Source: Terriglobia bacterium
GTDB taxonomy: Bacteria > Acidobacteriota > Terriglobia > UBA7540
Assembly: GCA_035528275.1 (NCBI GenBank)
Contig: DATKYV010000010.1
Span: forward strand, 1 to 52,077
DNA length: 52,077 nucleotides
Direction of reading: 5' to 3'
Part shown: positions 26,445 to 35,702 of the stretch, piece by piece
Layout of the letters: each line of letters opens with the position of its first letter
How positions within the stretch are numbered: position 1 is the stretch's first letter
The notes under the pieces: model-generated
What the model saw: the letters and a program-made list of their open reading frames with translations, nothing else
Databases searched by the model: none
What the model was told of the DNA's origin: nothing
Translations under genes and position numbers: made by a program

Positions 26445-27263
26445 TTACTGCGTAGGCTTCTTTCCTGACCCGGTCAGGAGTTTGAAGTCGCCCTTAATGG
26501 TTCCCCAGGCGAGTTCCACATACTCATTGATGGCCCTTTCGGCCTTGCCAAGGCCATCCGAGGTCGGACAAAGATCCGCCGGCCCGAGGTTCTTGTGAGC
26601 GGTAGACCAGTAGCCGGCTGGCGCGGCGATGGGGTCTGCTCCCACCTTCTTGAACATGGATATGGCCTTCGCCATATGCGAGGCGGAAGTAACCAGAATG
26701 AATGGGTCTTTCCCGACGATCATGCTGACGAGTTGAGCCTGTTCCTCGCCGCCCTCGGCTTTGGTTTCGAGAATCATATCCTGGCGCCGCACTCCCAGCC
26801 CCTGCCCGGCTACCGCCATATACTCGGCCATCGGGTAAGTGTCGCGCCCGGGACCCCCGGATAGAATGAGCTTTCGTCCGCCGAGTTGCTTGTAGAGCCT
26901 GATGCCTTCAACAAGCCGAACCAGCGAGTCTTCACGGGCTTGGTTGGACATGCGAATTTGCGGATCGGAAATTTCGGACGCACCCAGCACCACGATGTAC
27001 TTCGTGCCCCGCACTTGGCGGCTGGTCTCGGGATCGGTAGGCAGAACAAGCCTCGGGTATTGGTGCTCGAGCGGGCGGAGCAGTATGTTCGAAAAGGCCG
27101 GGTTCCCCAAGAGGAGAAGAATCGCCACTCCCATGAAGACCACGAATTTCCCAGCCGCCTGCTTTTTCGTGCAGCAGAGGAGGAAAAGACCTGTGAGAAG
27201 GATTGCGGTACAGAACGGAACGGGAAGAAGCAGAATGGACATCAGTTTCTCCAGCGTAAGCAT
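26445..27263 (-). CDS. YdcF/ElyC (DUF218) family protein
   Basis: N-terminal TM segments, then YIVVLG...LILSGGPG...PFILVTSASHMAKA, typical of DUF218. Confidence 0.8.
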   Translation of the reverse strand: MLTLEKLMSILLLPVPFCTAILLTGLFLLCCTKKQAAGKFVVFMGVAILLLLGNPAFSNILLRPLEHQYPRLVLPTDPETSRQVRGTKYIVVLGASEISDPQIRMSNQAREDSLVRLVEGIRLYKQLGGRKLILSGGPGRDTYPMAEYMAVAGQGLGVRRQDMILETKAEGGEEQAQLVSMIVGKDPFILVTSASHMAKAISMFKKVGADPIAAPAGYWSTAHKNLGPADLCPTSDGLGKAERAINEYVELAWGTIKGDFKLLTGSGKKPTQ

Positions 27264-27395
27264 CGTCTCCTCTTTTCAGCGGCGCCTATGCCGCGCGCTG
27301 GACCCCTCCGACCCAGAGACTGCGGGCGCCCATTCTGGATAATTACCGCTTGTCGGCCCGAAGGGCGCTCGAAACAGGCCGCGCGGCACGTAACG

Positions 27396-27590
27396 TTAAC
27401 TGGCGATTTGAAACTTGGAGGCAAGCGCCAGGAAGACTGAGTTGACTTGCTCAGCCACCGTTCCCATCGCGGCAGCCGCTCCGAGTGCAATCGCCGCCGC
27501 AATAAACGCGTATTCGACCAAATCTTGGCCGCTATCCTCGGAGTGAAGCGCACGCAGGACTATTCGAATCCGCCCAAGTTCGTTTCGCAT
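27396..27590 (-). CDS. flp: Flp family type IVb pilin
   Basis: The EDSGQDLVEYAFIAAAIALGAAAAMGTV Flp motif in a 64-aa ORF. GGAGGA precedes the ATG. Confidence 0.8.
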   Translation of the reverse strand: MRNELGRIRIVLRALHSEDSGQDLVEYAFIAAAIALGAAAAMGTVAEQVNSVFLALASKFQIAS

Positions 27591-27876
27591 GTTTTTCCTC
27601 CGTGCCCAAGGGTAGCTCGCCGGGGGCGCCTCTCCAATGGCACGGAAGTACTAAAGTCTCGACACACGAAGGAGATAGGGGCCGGCAGTGCGATGGCGGG
27701 TCTGGCGGCTGGGAGTTGGCTTATGACCCGGGATCAAGGTTCCTATCCGAAGCCGCCCTGGCGCCATTCGCATGCGATAAGTGGTTTATATGCAATAAAG
27801 TAGAAACAACAGCGGACAAGACCGAAAAATCGTGTGCCACGAGGGTCTTGTGACTTCTGCCTGAGAATGTTAGCCT

Positions 27877-28254
27877 TTGCCTGCCAGGCTCGCTCGGAAC
27901 ACAGAGGTCACTGTGGGTGTAGCGAACATCCGTGGAAGCATGCGCGTTCCGTTGGAGCTGCCCGTTCAGGTCCGCTGGAGGGCTACCGGCGGCCGCACGC
28001 AACGGGCGGAAGGGAAGACGAGCAATATCAGCGGCAACGGGCTGTTCATGGCGATTCCCAGGCGTCTGAGGCCCGGGGCCCGAATCGCTTTCACTATCAT
28101 GTTGCCGGCTGAAATCGTCAAGATCCCTATCAAGCTCATCTGCCGCGGGCGCGTGGTGAGGCATCACAGGTCCAACAACCTTAAGGGTGTGGCAGCAATC
28201 ATCGACGATTACAAGCTCCTCCCCGTGAAGCCCAGGCGTCGGGTCAGGAAATAA
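27877..28254 (+). CDS. PilZ domain protein
   Basis: IRGSMRVPLELPVQVRW...GKTSNISGNGLFM fits the PilZ RxxxR ... D/NxSxxG pattern. Confidence 0.65.
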   Translation: MPARLARNTEVTVGVANIRGSMRVPLELPVQVRWRATGGRTQRAEGKTSNISGNGLFMAIPRRLRPGARIAFTIMLPAEIVKIPIKLICRGRVVRHHRSNNLKGVAAIIDDYKLLPVKPRRRVRK

Positions 28255-28378
28255 GCCAGAAGCTTCCATCGTCGGCGGATGAGAGAGACTACCTGGTGCC
28301 GAAAAGGGCCTCTCTCACTCTCAGATCGGAAAGGCTCCCTGTCTTTAGCCGGGCGGGGAGCGAGCAGGAGGTACCCAA

Positions 28379-29332
28379 ATGGGACGCGTCGCCTTGGCCG
28401 TTTTCCTGTTGAGCGCCGCATTTATGGTGGGGGAGCCGACGGAGGCTGTTCTGGCTTCCGGGTCCTACCAGGTGGTTCATGGCTGGCCCAAACTGCCCGA
28501 CGGGTTCGCTTTTGGACAAGTCTCAGGGGTGGGGGTGGATTCGCACAACCACGTCTTCGTTTTTCACCGAGGCGACCACCCCATCATGTGCATTGACGGC
28601 GCGACGGGAGAAATCATCAAGTCCTGGGGCGACGGCGTCTTTGAAACTCCCCATGGCCTCGCCGTAGATGGCAAAGACAACGTGTGGGTTACCGACCTTG
28701 GCCTTCACCAGGTCTTCAAGTTCAGCCACGACGGCGAACTATTGATGACCCTGGGAGAGAAGGGCGTTCCCGGACTCGATGGCACCCACTTCAACAAGCC
28801 CACCGACGTGGCGATTACCCCCAGTGGAGAGTTCTACGTTTCGGACGGATACGAAAACAGTCGCGTGGCGAAGTTTTCGGCGCAGGGGAAGTTCCTTTTC
28901 GACTGGGGAACGAAAGGCGACCAGCCCGGCGAGTTTGACCTCCCTCATGGTATCGCGCTCGACCGCCAGGGTCACGTTTACGTCGCCGACCGCACGAATT
29001 CCCGCGTTCAGGTTTTTGATGGAAACGGGAAATTCCTTGCTGAATGGAAAAGCGCGGAGATCGGTCGTCCGTGGGATGTCGCGGTGGGACCGGACGGCAT
29101 CGCCTACGTCATGGACGGCGGCGACATGAACCCCAAGCCTCCCGACCGCGGCCGCGTGGTGAAAGTCGACTTGCAGGGAAAGGTCCTGGATGAGTTTGGT
29201 TCCTTTGGAAGCTACGACGGGCAGTTCTACTGGGGGCACGCTGTGGCGGTGGCGGCGAACGGCGACGTCTACGTCACAGACGTCCACCTGGGCATGCGCG
29301 TTCAGAAGTTCGTGAAGTCGAAGGGGAAATAG
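28379..29332 (+). CDS. secreted NHL-repeat beta-propeller protein (peptidylglycine amidating lyase-like)
   Basis: Signal peptide plus repeated blades: PHGLAVDGKDNVWVTD, PTDVAITPSGEFYVSDGYENSRVAKF, PHGIALDRQGHVYVADRTNSRVQVF. Confidence 0.85.
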   Translation: MGRVALAVFLLSAAFMVGEPTEAVLASGSYQVVHGWPKLPDGFAFGQVSGVGVDSHNHVFVFHRGDHPIMCIDGATGEIIKSWGDGVFETPHGLAVDGKDNVWVTDLGLHQVFKFSHDGELLMTLGEKGVPGLDGTHFNKPTDVAITPSGEFYVSDGYENSRVAKFSAQGKFLFDWGTKGDQPGEFDLPHGIALDRQGHVYVADRTNSRVQVFDGNGKFLAEWKSAEIGRPWDVAVGPDGIAYVMDGGDMNPKPPDRGRVVKVDLQGKVLDEFGSFGSYDGQFYWGHAVAVAANGDVYVTDVHLGMRVQKFVKSKGK

Positions 29333-29405
29333 CCGCAGAAAGCCGCGTGGTAGGACACCCACGCTAACTTTCGGAAGATGATTCGCATTCGAGGCGGCCC
29401 AGCAG

Positions 29406-29752
29406 ATGGCCAGGCACCACTCACCGCAATTCCTGGTGCTCGTCGAGGACGCGAAGGGGCGCATTCGCGAGATTAGCGCCAGGGACCTGAAGGGAAAGCT
29501 CGATGGGGGAGAGAACTTTCACTTGATTGATGTGCGCGAGGCCGAAGTCTGGGCCGCCGGCCATCTCCCACGGGCCCAGCATTTGTGCAAGGGAATCCTG
29601 GAGCGCGACATCGAAACCACCGTTATTGCGGCGGCGGTTTCCGGTCGGCGCTCTGGGCCGATAACATGCAGAAAATGGGATACCGGCGCGTCATGTCACT
29701 CGCCGGTGGCTGGCGCGGCTGACGGGAAGCAGGTTACCCCACCGAAGTTTGA
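29406..29752 (+). pseudogene. decayed rhodanese-domain gene (internal out-of-frame deletion plus an in-frame TGA at a conserved Trp position)
   Basis: Frame 1 reads HLIDVREAEVWAAGHLPRAQHLCKGILERDIETTV. The active-site part YCGGGFRSALWADNMQKMGYRRVMSLAGGWRG continues in another frame and ends at TGA (29720-29722). The in-frame tail REAGYPTEV then runs to a stop at 29750-29752. Confidence 0.7.
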
Positions 29753-30032
29753 CCCCAAGACCCTGCCTTCAATTCCACATCCTTCTCTTGGGTCAACGAG
29801 GACAGACGACTCTCCTCCCCACCGGTAGGCATCCGGATCCACCGAGGTTTCTGCGAGAAGGTTTTCAGCCCAGCCGGGAGCGCTGGGAGCGCGAATCTCA
29901 TAAAACTCCCACTCGCCGCGGGAGGGTTCTTGCAGGCCCGGCAGAAAATCAAGCCCCTGAAACCCGTCTCTGTCGTTTGTGTTTTGGGAATGCGATAGAA
30001 ATTCAGCAAATGCAAGCCCAGTCGCGCCTGGG

Positions 30033-30995
30033 CTAGCGGCCTCGGGCGGTTGAGTCGAAGAACTTGATGAAATCGTCGGCGAGGCCGCGCCCCACCTTAG
30101 TGATGCTGTAGCCCCGCAGCGAAAATCCGCCACCTTTGCTGGTGGCCCACAAATCGCCATCGACATTGCGCGCGCGCAGAACCGCGCCGGCCTGGTTTCC
30201 CGCGTTGAGCAGGACTTGCCGGCCGGTCTGCTGGACCGAGAGCGTGAGGTCGGCCTCGGCGGGCGAAGAGACCAGCCGCAGTCTGCCCCACCTGCTGAGC
30301 TTCTCGTCGATAGCGGTCTTCAGTGCGGGGTTGCTCCCTGGGCTGACGGAAATGCAGAGGGTCTTCGCCGAACCCAGCAACTCCGGAAGATTGATCTCCG
30401 CAGGTGACACCGCCGGCGCGCTTGTGCCGGCCATGGCGGGGGCAGCCTCCGTCGGAGCCTTGGCGGAAAGCTTGGCCTTGACCGTCCACACATCACCGGG
30501 TCCGAGCTGAACGGACTGTTGCCAGCTTTCGTAACCCTTGGCAGAAGCGCGCAGGCGATAGGAACCCGGTTCCAGCCCGGACAGAACCAGCCTACCTTCC
30601 GGGCTGGTTGTGCCACGCGGTTCGTCGTTCAAATATATGTCAGCCTCACCGGGGCTGGTTTCGATCTGAAGGGTGGCTTTTGCCGGTGAATTGGGCGCAG
30701 CAGGTTTGCGGGAAACGGCGCGTAAGGCTGCAATCAACTCGTTGCTCGCACCCGCCTGGCGCAACTCTGACTCGACTGCGGAGTCGACTTCAAAACTAAT
30801 CCCTCGTTCTTCGGCCAGCGCCGCCACGCGGCTGCTCGGCACGCCGCCTTCGAGGAGCGATACGACATCATTCCTGGTTAGGGCCTTCTCCTGCTGCGCG
30901 GCAAGCATCGCGGGCAAGAGCGCCGTGACGAATGCTAAGAAGGCCAGGGTTTTGAAAAAGGGAAGAATCCTGTGTGCGGCAGATCCAACGGGCAT
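30033..30995 (-). CDS. PEGA domain protein (secreted or anchored)
   Basis: Signal/anchor FLAFVTALLPAMLAA, plus the PEGA unit SPGEADIYLNDEPRGTTSPEGRLVLSGLEPGSYRLRASAKGYESW. Confidence 0.75.
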   Translation of the reverse strand: MPVGSAAHRILPFFKTLAFLAFVTALLPAMLAAQQEKALTRNDVVSLLEGGVPSSRVAALAEERGISFEVDSAVESELRQAGASNELIAALRAVSRKPAAPNSPAKATLQIETSPGEADIYLNDEPRGTTSPEGRLVLSGLEPGSYRLRASAKGYESWQQSVQLGPGDVWTVKAKLSAKAPTEAAPAMAGTSAPAVSPAEINLPELLGSAKTLCISVSPGSNPALKTAIDEKLSRWGRLRLVSSPAEADLTLSVQQTGRQVLLNAGNQAGAVLRARNVDGDLWATSKGGGFSLRGYSITKVGRGLADDFIKFFDSTARGR

Positions 30996-31317
30996 GAGCG
31001 GGACCTCCGGAAGGTATTGGCTGCCGGCGTTGCTGAAAGAAGCGTAGCAATTCCCTGTGGCAATGACAATCGGCTTCCACGCAACTGTCGTCCCCGGGAC
31101 AATTTGGCAGTCGGAAGGATTAGGTTGGGCTGCTCGTCTTCGAGGGATTCTTCCACGCCCAATTCAAGGCCAAGCCCATAGAAAATTCTCCGCTGGTCAG
31201 TGCCTTGGGAGTTAGGTAGCGAGGACGGACGCAACCAGTGTTACGCGGCGCGTGGTGAACCCAACATCTCGCCGAGGCGGCCATGTGGGACACTGCGGGC
31301 CACTTCGCGGAAGGGAC

Positions 31318-32412
31318 TCATCGCACGGAAACATATCCTCCTTCCACTCCGCGTTTGGAGAGCACGATCTGCCAGGACTGGTTGCTCCGCGCTCGAAACG
31401 ATCCGGCGCAAGCCAGCAGATAGTACTTCCACATGCGGTAGAAACGCTCACCGTAGCGGGCTTGAAGATTCGGCCAGTGCCCGGCGAAATTCCAAAACCA
31501 CGCCACTAACGTCTTGTCGTAATCGGCCCCGAAATTGTGCCAGTCCTCCATGACAAACAAGCCTTCGATGGCAGTCCCCATCTGCTCGACGGAGGGAATC
31601 ACGGAATTGGGAAAGATGTACTTCTCAAACCACGGATCAGTGTGCCGCACGGATCCTTCACCGCCGATGGAATCGAGAAGAAACAGACCGTCATCGGCAA
31701 GGTGATCGGCGACGATGCGCATGAAGGTCCGGTAGTTCCTGCCGCCCACGTGTTCAAACATGCCCAGGGACACGATATGGTCGTAGGTCCCTTCGATATC
31801 CCGATAATCCTGAAGCTCAATCCGTATGGGCAATCCCGCGCAGAGCTGCCGTCCCAATTTCGCCTGTTCCTTCGACACCGTGTTTCCGACGCCGGTGACG
31901 CCGTAATGCTCCGCGGCGTATTTCAAAAAACTGCCCCAGCCGCAGCCGATGTCTAGGACCTTCTGACCTGCCTTGAGTCCCAACTTGCGACACACGAGGT
32001 CCAGCTTTGCCTCCTGCGCTTCGTCCAGGGTCCTGGCGTTTTTCCAATATGCGCAGGTGTAGACCATTCGCCGATCGAGCATAGCCCGGTACAGATCGTT
32101 CCCGATATCGTAGTGCCGCTCGCCGATCTCAAAGGCTTTGGATCGCCGCTGGGGGTTGACGAAGGCCATGCCGAGGGCCCGCAACAACGTCTTCCAGTCG
32201 GACCGGATCTTGGCGGCCAAATCAGCTCGCAAAGCGCGATGAAAGAATTCGTCGAGCTGTTGGACATCCCACCAGCCATCCATGTAGGACTCGCCGAGCC
32301 CTAGCAAGCCCTGGCTCAACACGCGGTCGTAGAATCCTTCATTGTGGATCCGGATGTCCCACGGCCGATTGCCATTAATTCTGATATCAGCAAGGGCGAA
32401 GATGCGCTCCAT
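31318..32412 (-). CDS. cfa: cyclopropane-fatty-acyl-phospholipid synthase
   Basis: GESYMDGWW...HYDIGNDLY...VLDIGCGWGSF...SLGMFEHVG...RMWKYYLLACAGSFRAR. The start at 32412 (MERIFAL) lies inside the longer track ORF. Confidence 0.9.
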   Translation of the reverse strand: MERIFALADIRINGNRPWDIRIHNEGFYDRVLSQGLLGLGESYMDGWWDVQQLDEFFHRALRADLAAKIRSDWKTLLRALGMAFVNPQRRSKAFEIGERHYDIGNDLYRAMLDRRMVYTCAYWKNARTLDEAQEAKLDLVCRKLGLKAGQKVLDIGCGWGSFLKYAAEHYGVTGVGNTVSKEQAKLGRQLCAGLPIRIELQDYRDIEGTYDHIVSLGMFEHVGGRNYRTFMRIVADHLADDGLFLLDSIGGEGSVRHTDPWFEKYIFPNSVIPSVEQMGTAIEGLFVMEDWHNFGADYDKTLVAWFWNFAGHWPNLQARYGERFYRMWKYYLLACAGSFRARSNQSWQIVLSKRGVEGGYVSVR

Positions 32413-32593
32413 GGTTTCTCGCCCCGGCGAGTGGGCCGTGTTCTTAACGGTGTGGGCTGGTGAGGTCGGGAAACACTTTGCAGTACCAGGGTGATTCCGT
32501 GAAGGTGAAGCGGATTCGTGCGCGACCGAAGCATCCACCACGGCGGGCACCTCCAGGAGCTTCGTGCGGTGGCCGCGGGTTGTTCCCGTCAGA

Positions 32594-32622
32594 AACCGGG
32601 TCGCGAGGCCAAGCGACCCGGA
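32594..32622 (-). terminator. possible terminator downstream of the GH172-like gene
   Basis: The minus strand reads CCGGGTCGC-TTGGCCTC-GCGACCCGG followed by TTTCTG: a perfect 9-bp stem but a short T-tract. Confidence 0.3.
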
Positions 32623-32726
32623 ATACCACTTTGCAGTTTATCAAGGCGGGTCGCGAAATGCGAGCCTCGGCCGGGCATAGCAGGGCCGCGGCCCGCAAGG
32701 TGCAGCTAGGGTTTCACCGGAAAGGC

Positions 32727-33899
32727 TCAGGGTTTGCCCATGGTGGGGCCGCCGGTGTCGAACTGTCTCGGAATCCGATCGCCCACCCCCGGCAACGGGG
32801 CGAAGGGCTTGTGCGGCTCGGTCTGATACCAATAGGCCACGGTATAGAAGTTGTCGGAGCGGTGATTGGCGTGGCCGCTCTCGATGGTGACCTTGATCGA
32901 CTTCTCGAAAGTGACCGGCGAATCGGTATGGAAGCGGTAGACCATCCACTTGGCGCCGCGGTCGTCGCCGCCGTTCATGGGGTTGCCGTAGCGCTGGTAG
33001 GCGAATGTGGGCCGGGTTCCGCCGAAGGGATTAATACCGCATCCGCCGTAGCACCACGCGCCGAGGTAATAGTCCTCCGAGCCCGTGCCGTTGATTTGTG
33101 GGGTTGTGGCCCCATCGATGAGAATCATCTCGTCGCCCTCGCCCCACCAGTCGCCCTGATTTTGAAGGATGCTGTGCGTGACGCCCACGTAGTGTCCCCG
33201 GCCCTCCGCTTCCAGGATAACGTAGTTGCCCTCACCCCGCAGGTTCTCCTTGTTGTTCAGCTTATCGTCGCCGTTCTGTTGCCAGTCCGTCGTCCAACCC
33301 TTGTTGGGCGCCGCCTGTCGGTACTGCGCGTGGAAGTAGGCGAGGCTTTCGGGTAGCGAGGGGTGCTTCTGATAATCAATGTTGTAGTAGAACGCGCCGA
33401 CGGGAAACTCGCCTTCATTCGTCACCGTGATTCTCGCCGACCGCCGGAAGGGCATGGGAAAGAAGCAATTGAGCGCTTTCTGTGAGCCCACCGACAAGGG
33501 AGCCGATTCGTAGAGGAAATACTCCCCCAGCCCCAATCCGAAGAAATCGCCGATGGGCGATTCAACGCTGGGACTTTCTTCGCCGTCCCAGTACATCCTG
33601 AGAATGATCTTCTTCAGATGGTTTTGCTCCTGAGTGGCGATCGTGATCCAGATGTGAGTGATGATGCCTGGTCCCTCCAACTCGGCGATGGCGCGCGTCT
33701 CTCCCGACTTGATTTTGTTCTTCCAATTGCCATCGTCGTTGGCGCCGGTGCGGTCGAAGCTCGAGGCGCGATGGACGGTGTAGTCCTTCAGGAAAGGGAG
33801 GCTGCTGATCTCCTTTTGCACGTCTTGCCCTGCCACGGATAAGCCGGTGCAAACCACCATGGCGCTTGCGGCCAGTGCGTGAATGAAATTCGCTTTCAT
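32727..33899 (-). CDS. DUF2961 / glycoside hydrolase family 172-like protein (secreted)
   Basis: SSFDRTGANDD...GPGIITHIWIT...ILRMYWDGEE...PIGDFFG...NCFFPMPF...GTGSEDYY. Confidence 0.85.
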   Translation of the reverse strand: MKANFIHALAASAMVVCTGLSVAGQDVQKEISSLPFLKDYTVHRASSFDRTGANDDGNWKNKIKSGETRAIAELEGPGIITHIWITIATQEQNHLKKIILRMYWDGEESPSVESPIGDFFGLGLGEYFLYESAPLSVGSQKALNCFFPMPFRRSARITVTNEGEFPVGAFYYNIDYQKHPSLPESLAYFHAQYRQAAPNKGWTTDWQQNGDDKLNNKENLRGEGNYVILEAEGRGHYVGVTHSILQNQGDWWGEGDEMILIDGATTPQINGTGSEDYYLGAWCYGGCGINPFGGTRPTFAYQRYGNPMNGGDDRGAKWMVYRFHTDSPVTFEKSIKVTIESGHANHRSDNFYTVAYWYQTEPHKPFAPLPGVGDRIPRQFDTGGPTMGKP

Positions 33900-34259
33900 G
33901 GTTCTCTCCTTGCGAGGAGTATCCGCGACATCCGGGGTTTATTTGACTGGAAATCAACGATCGCGGAGAGCGCGGCCATTGTTGGTCCGCGGGCGCGCGA
34001 AAGTCAAGGCCGGACAAAGCAAGGTGAGGGAGTGCGGCGCCCCCTAAGCCCAGTAGGGCCCGGGAGGAGTTCCGCGCGCGGGAGAAGTCATGTCGCGACG
34101 CGCCCCGTGCGCATCGCACGGGTGTTTTGTCCATTTCGGTGCACAAAAACAACTTTGTGCCTGACCCGCGCATCCTTATTGGAAGCGAGCGAATGCGTTC
34201 AGCTAGCGCAGGCGGAGCAGTTCGCGCGCCAATTCCCGTTTGCACGGAGCCCATTGACC

Positions 34260-34952
34260 ATGACAAGAATGAAATTTCTCGCCCCTCTACTCCTGATTGC
34301 AGTGGTTGGTTTCCTGCCGGACGTTGCGCGGGCCCAGGGAGTTCGCGTCTTCGCCATGGGCACCGGGTCGTTTCTTCTCAGCGAAAAGTTCTTCGAGGTG
34401 GCCGGTGACCCTTTCCGCTCCAACTACGCTCCCGGCGGGAAGATCATCTTGGGAGGCGAATACTCACGAAACAAGGTCCTGGGCTTCGAAGTCGCTTACG
34501 CCTACGGTCGAAACAATCTTCGCGTAGCCGACCTCAATGCGTCTCCTGTCGATGAAGCGGGCTATGGCGTCCGGATCCAGCGCTTGAACGGGAACCTGGT
34601 TCTTCACAGCCCTGTGGAACTGTTCCGCCTGCGGCCCTACGTGACCGCGGGGATTGAATTCACCCGTTACGCCCCGACTAGTGAAGCCAAGGAATTGGGG
34701 TTTACCGGGGGTTTTGCCGGCCAGTCGGCGATGCTCGAGGCCAATAACAAACCGGGTATCAATTACGGCGGGGGCGTGGAATGGAGTCTGCTGCCGAAGC
34801 TGGGGCTGCGCCTCGACGTGCGCGACCATGTCACCGGAACGCCCCGTTTCGGCCTCTCGCAGAATTCGTCGAGCGGCGCCATCTTTCCCATCAGCGGAAG
34901 CGCCCACAACGTGGAAATCTCCGCCGGGTTCACACTGCATTTCGGGGATTGA
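34260..34952 (+). CDS. outer-membrane beta-barrel protein
   Basis: Signal peptide MTRMKFLAPLLLIAVVGFLPDVARAQ, alternating beta-strand pattern, and an aromatic C-terminal region (ISAGFTLHFGD). The upstream part of the track ORF is spurious. Confidence 0.75.
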   Translation: MTRMKFLAPLLLIAVVGFLPDVARAQGVRVFAMGTGSFLLSEKFFEVAGDPFRSNYAPGGKIILGGEYSRNKVLGFEVAYAYGRNNLRVADLNASPVDEAGYGVRIQRLNGNLVLHSPVELFRLRPYVTAGIEFTRYAPTSEAKELGFTGGFAGQSAMLEANNKPGINYGGGVEWSLLPKLGLRLDVRDHVTGTPRFGLSQNSSSGAIFPISGSAHNVEISAGFTLHFGD

Positions 34953-34978
34953 GCCGCCGGAGGGCGGCCATTCCAGCC

Positions 34979-35413
34979 TTAGACCACGCGGCGGTGCCAG
35001 TACTCGCGGAAGGTGCGAACCTGCTTCCCGTAGAAATCGGCGAGGAGGATGCCGGCCAGTTCCCGGCGCTCGCTCGTGGGGCGGTGCGTGTATGAGCAGG
35101 TCCACTCGGCAAACAGGGCGTAGCGAGACAGGAAAAAGTTCACCACCCCAAATTGAATCTTGTCCTGCTTCTCAGTGGCTTTCTTCCAGTAGGCGGCGAT
35201 GTCCTCGCGCCCCACGATGGGTTTGCCGAAGGGGTTTTCCCAGTAGTGCGCGTCGCGGGTGAAGAGACTGGCGGCAAGTTCCGCATTCCGGGTTTCCCAC
35301 ACTTCCTTGTAGGTGGCCAGGAATCTCTTGGCGGTGGCGGCATCGAGTTTGGCGCGCCGCCTGCTTCCCGATGCGGACTTCTTCCCTGAGGTCCTTGCCA
35401 TGCGTCCCTCCAC
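34979..35413 (-). CDS. NTF2-like (SnoaL/DUF4440-type) protein
   Basis: FLATYKEVWETRNAELAASLFTRDAHYWENPFGKPIVGREDIAAYW is typical of the SnoaL-like fold. The basic N-terminal tail makes the start uncertain. Confidence 0.65.
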   Translation of the reverse strand: MEGRMARTSGKKSASGSRRRAKLDAATAKRFLATYKEVWETRNAELAASLFTRDAHYWENPFGKPIVGREDIAAYWKKATEKQDKIQFGVVNFFLSRYALFAEWTCSYTHRPTSERRELAGILLADFYGKQVRTFREYWHRRVV

Positions 35414-35560
35414 TCCGTGGGCCGTCTTTTCCGCAGCAGCAGCGATACAGAGGTCAAGCAGCGGGCGCCTCGGGCCTGCAAACCGTCTTTCGTATGAGAA
35501 CCTCGATTCTAATCCTGCGACGGCGAGGGAGCAAGGCGCGCCCCGATTGTACTTATCGCA

Positions 35561-35588
35561 TTGACTGCGCCGCGGGCTTCGCTACACT
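35561..35588 (+). promoter_or_regulatory. sigma70-like promoter TTGACT-N16-TACACT upstream of the radical SAM gene
   Basis: Read directly. It would give a leader of about 110 nt containing short inverted repeats (GACAC-N9-GTGTC, CGAGGC-ATG-GCCTCG). Confidence 0.35.
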
Positions 35589-35702
35589 GGGCGAAGATGA
35601 CGACTGCGGACACCGTCAAACAGTGTCAGACAAATTGACCTGCGGCGAGGCATGGCCTCGTTGTCTCATCGTGTGTGCCTTCGCAGGAAGGGGGCCGCGG
35701 CC

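Noticed and set aside
27638-27653. Sigma54-like TGGCACG element in the flp / PilZ intergenic region
   Set aside because: The -12 element is absent: TACT sits where TTGC is expected at the correct spacing. The site is also about 230 nt from the nearest plus-strand start.
29720-29722. TGA recoded as Trp (alternative genetic code) in the rhodanese gene
   Set aside because: TGA terminates many conserved genes in this window at their expected ends (for example the DUF134 fusion and acr3). The same gene also carries a frame-disrupting deletion, so a nonsense mutation in a pseudogene is the simpler explanation.
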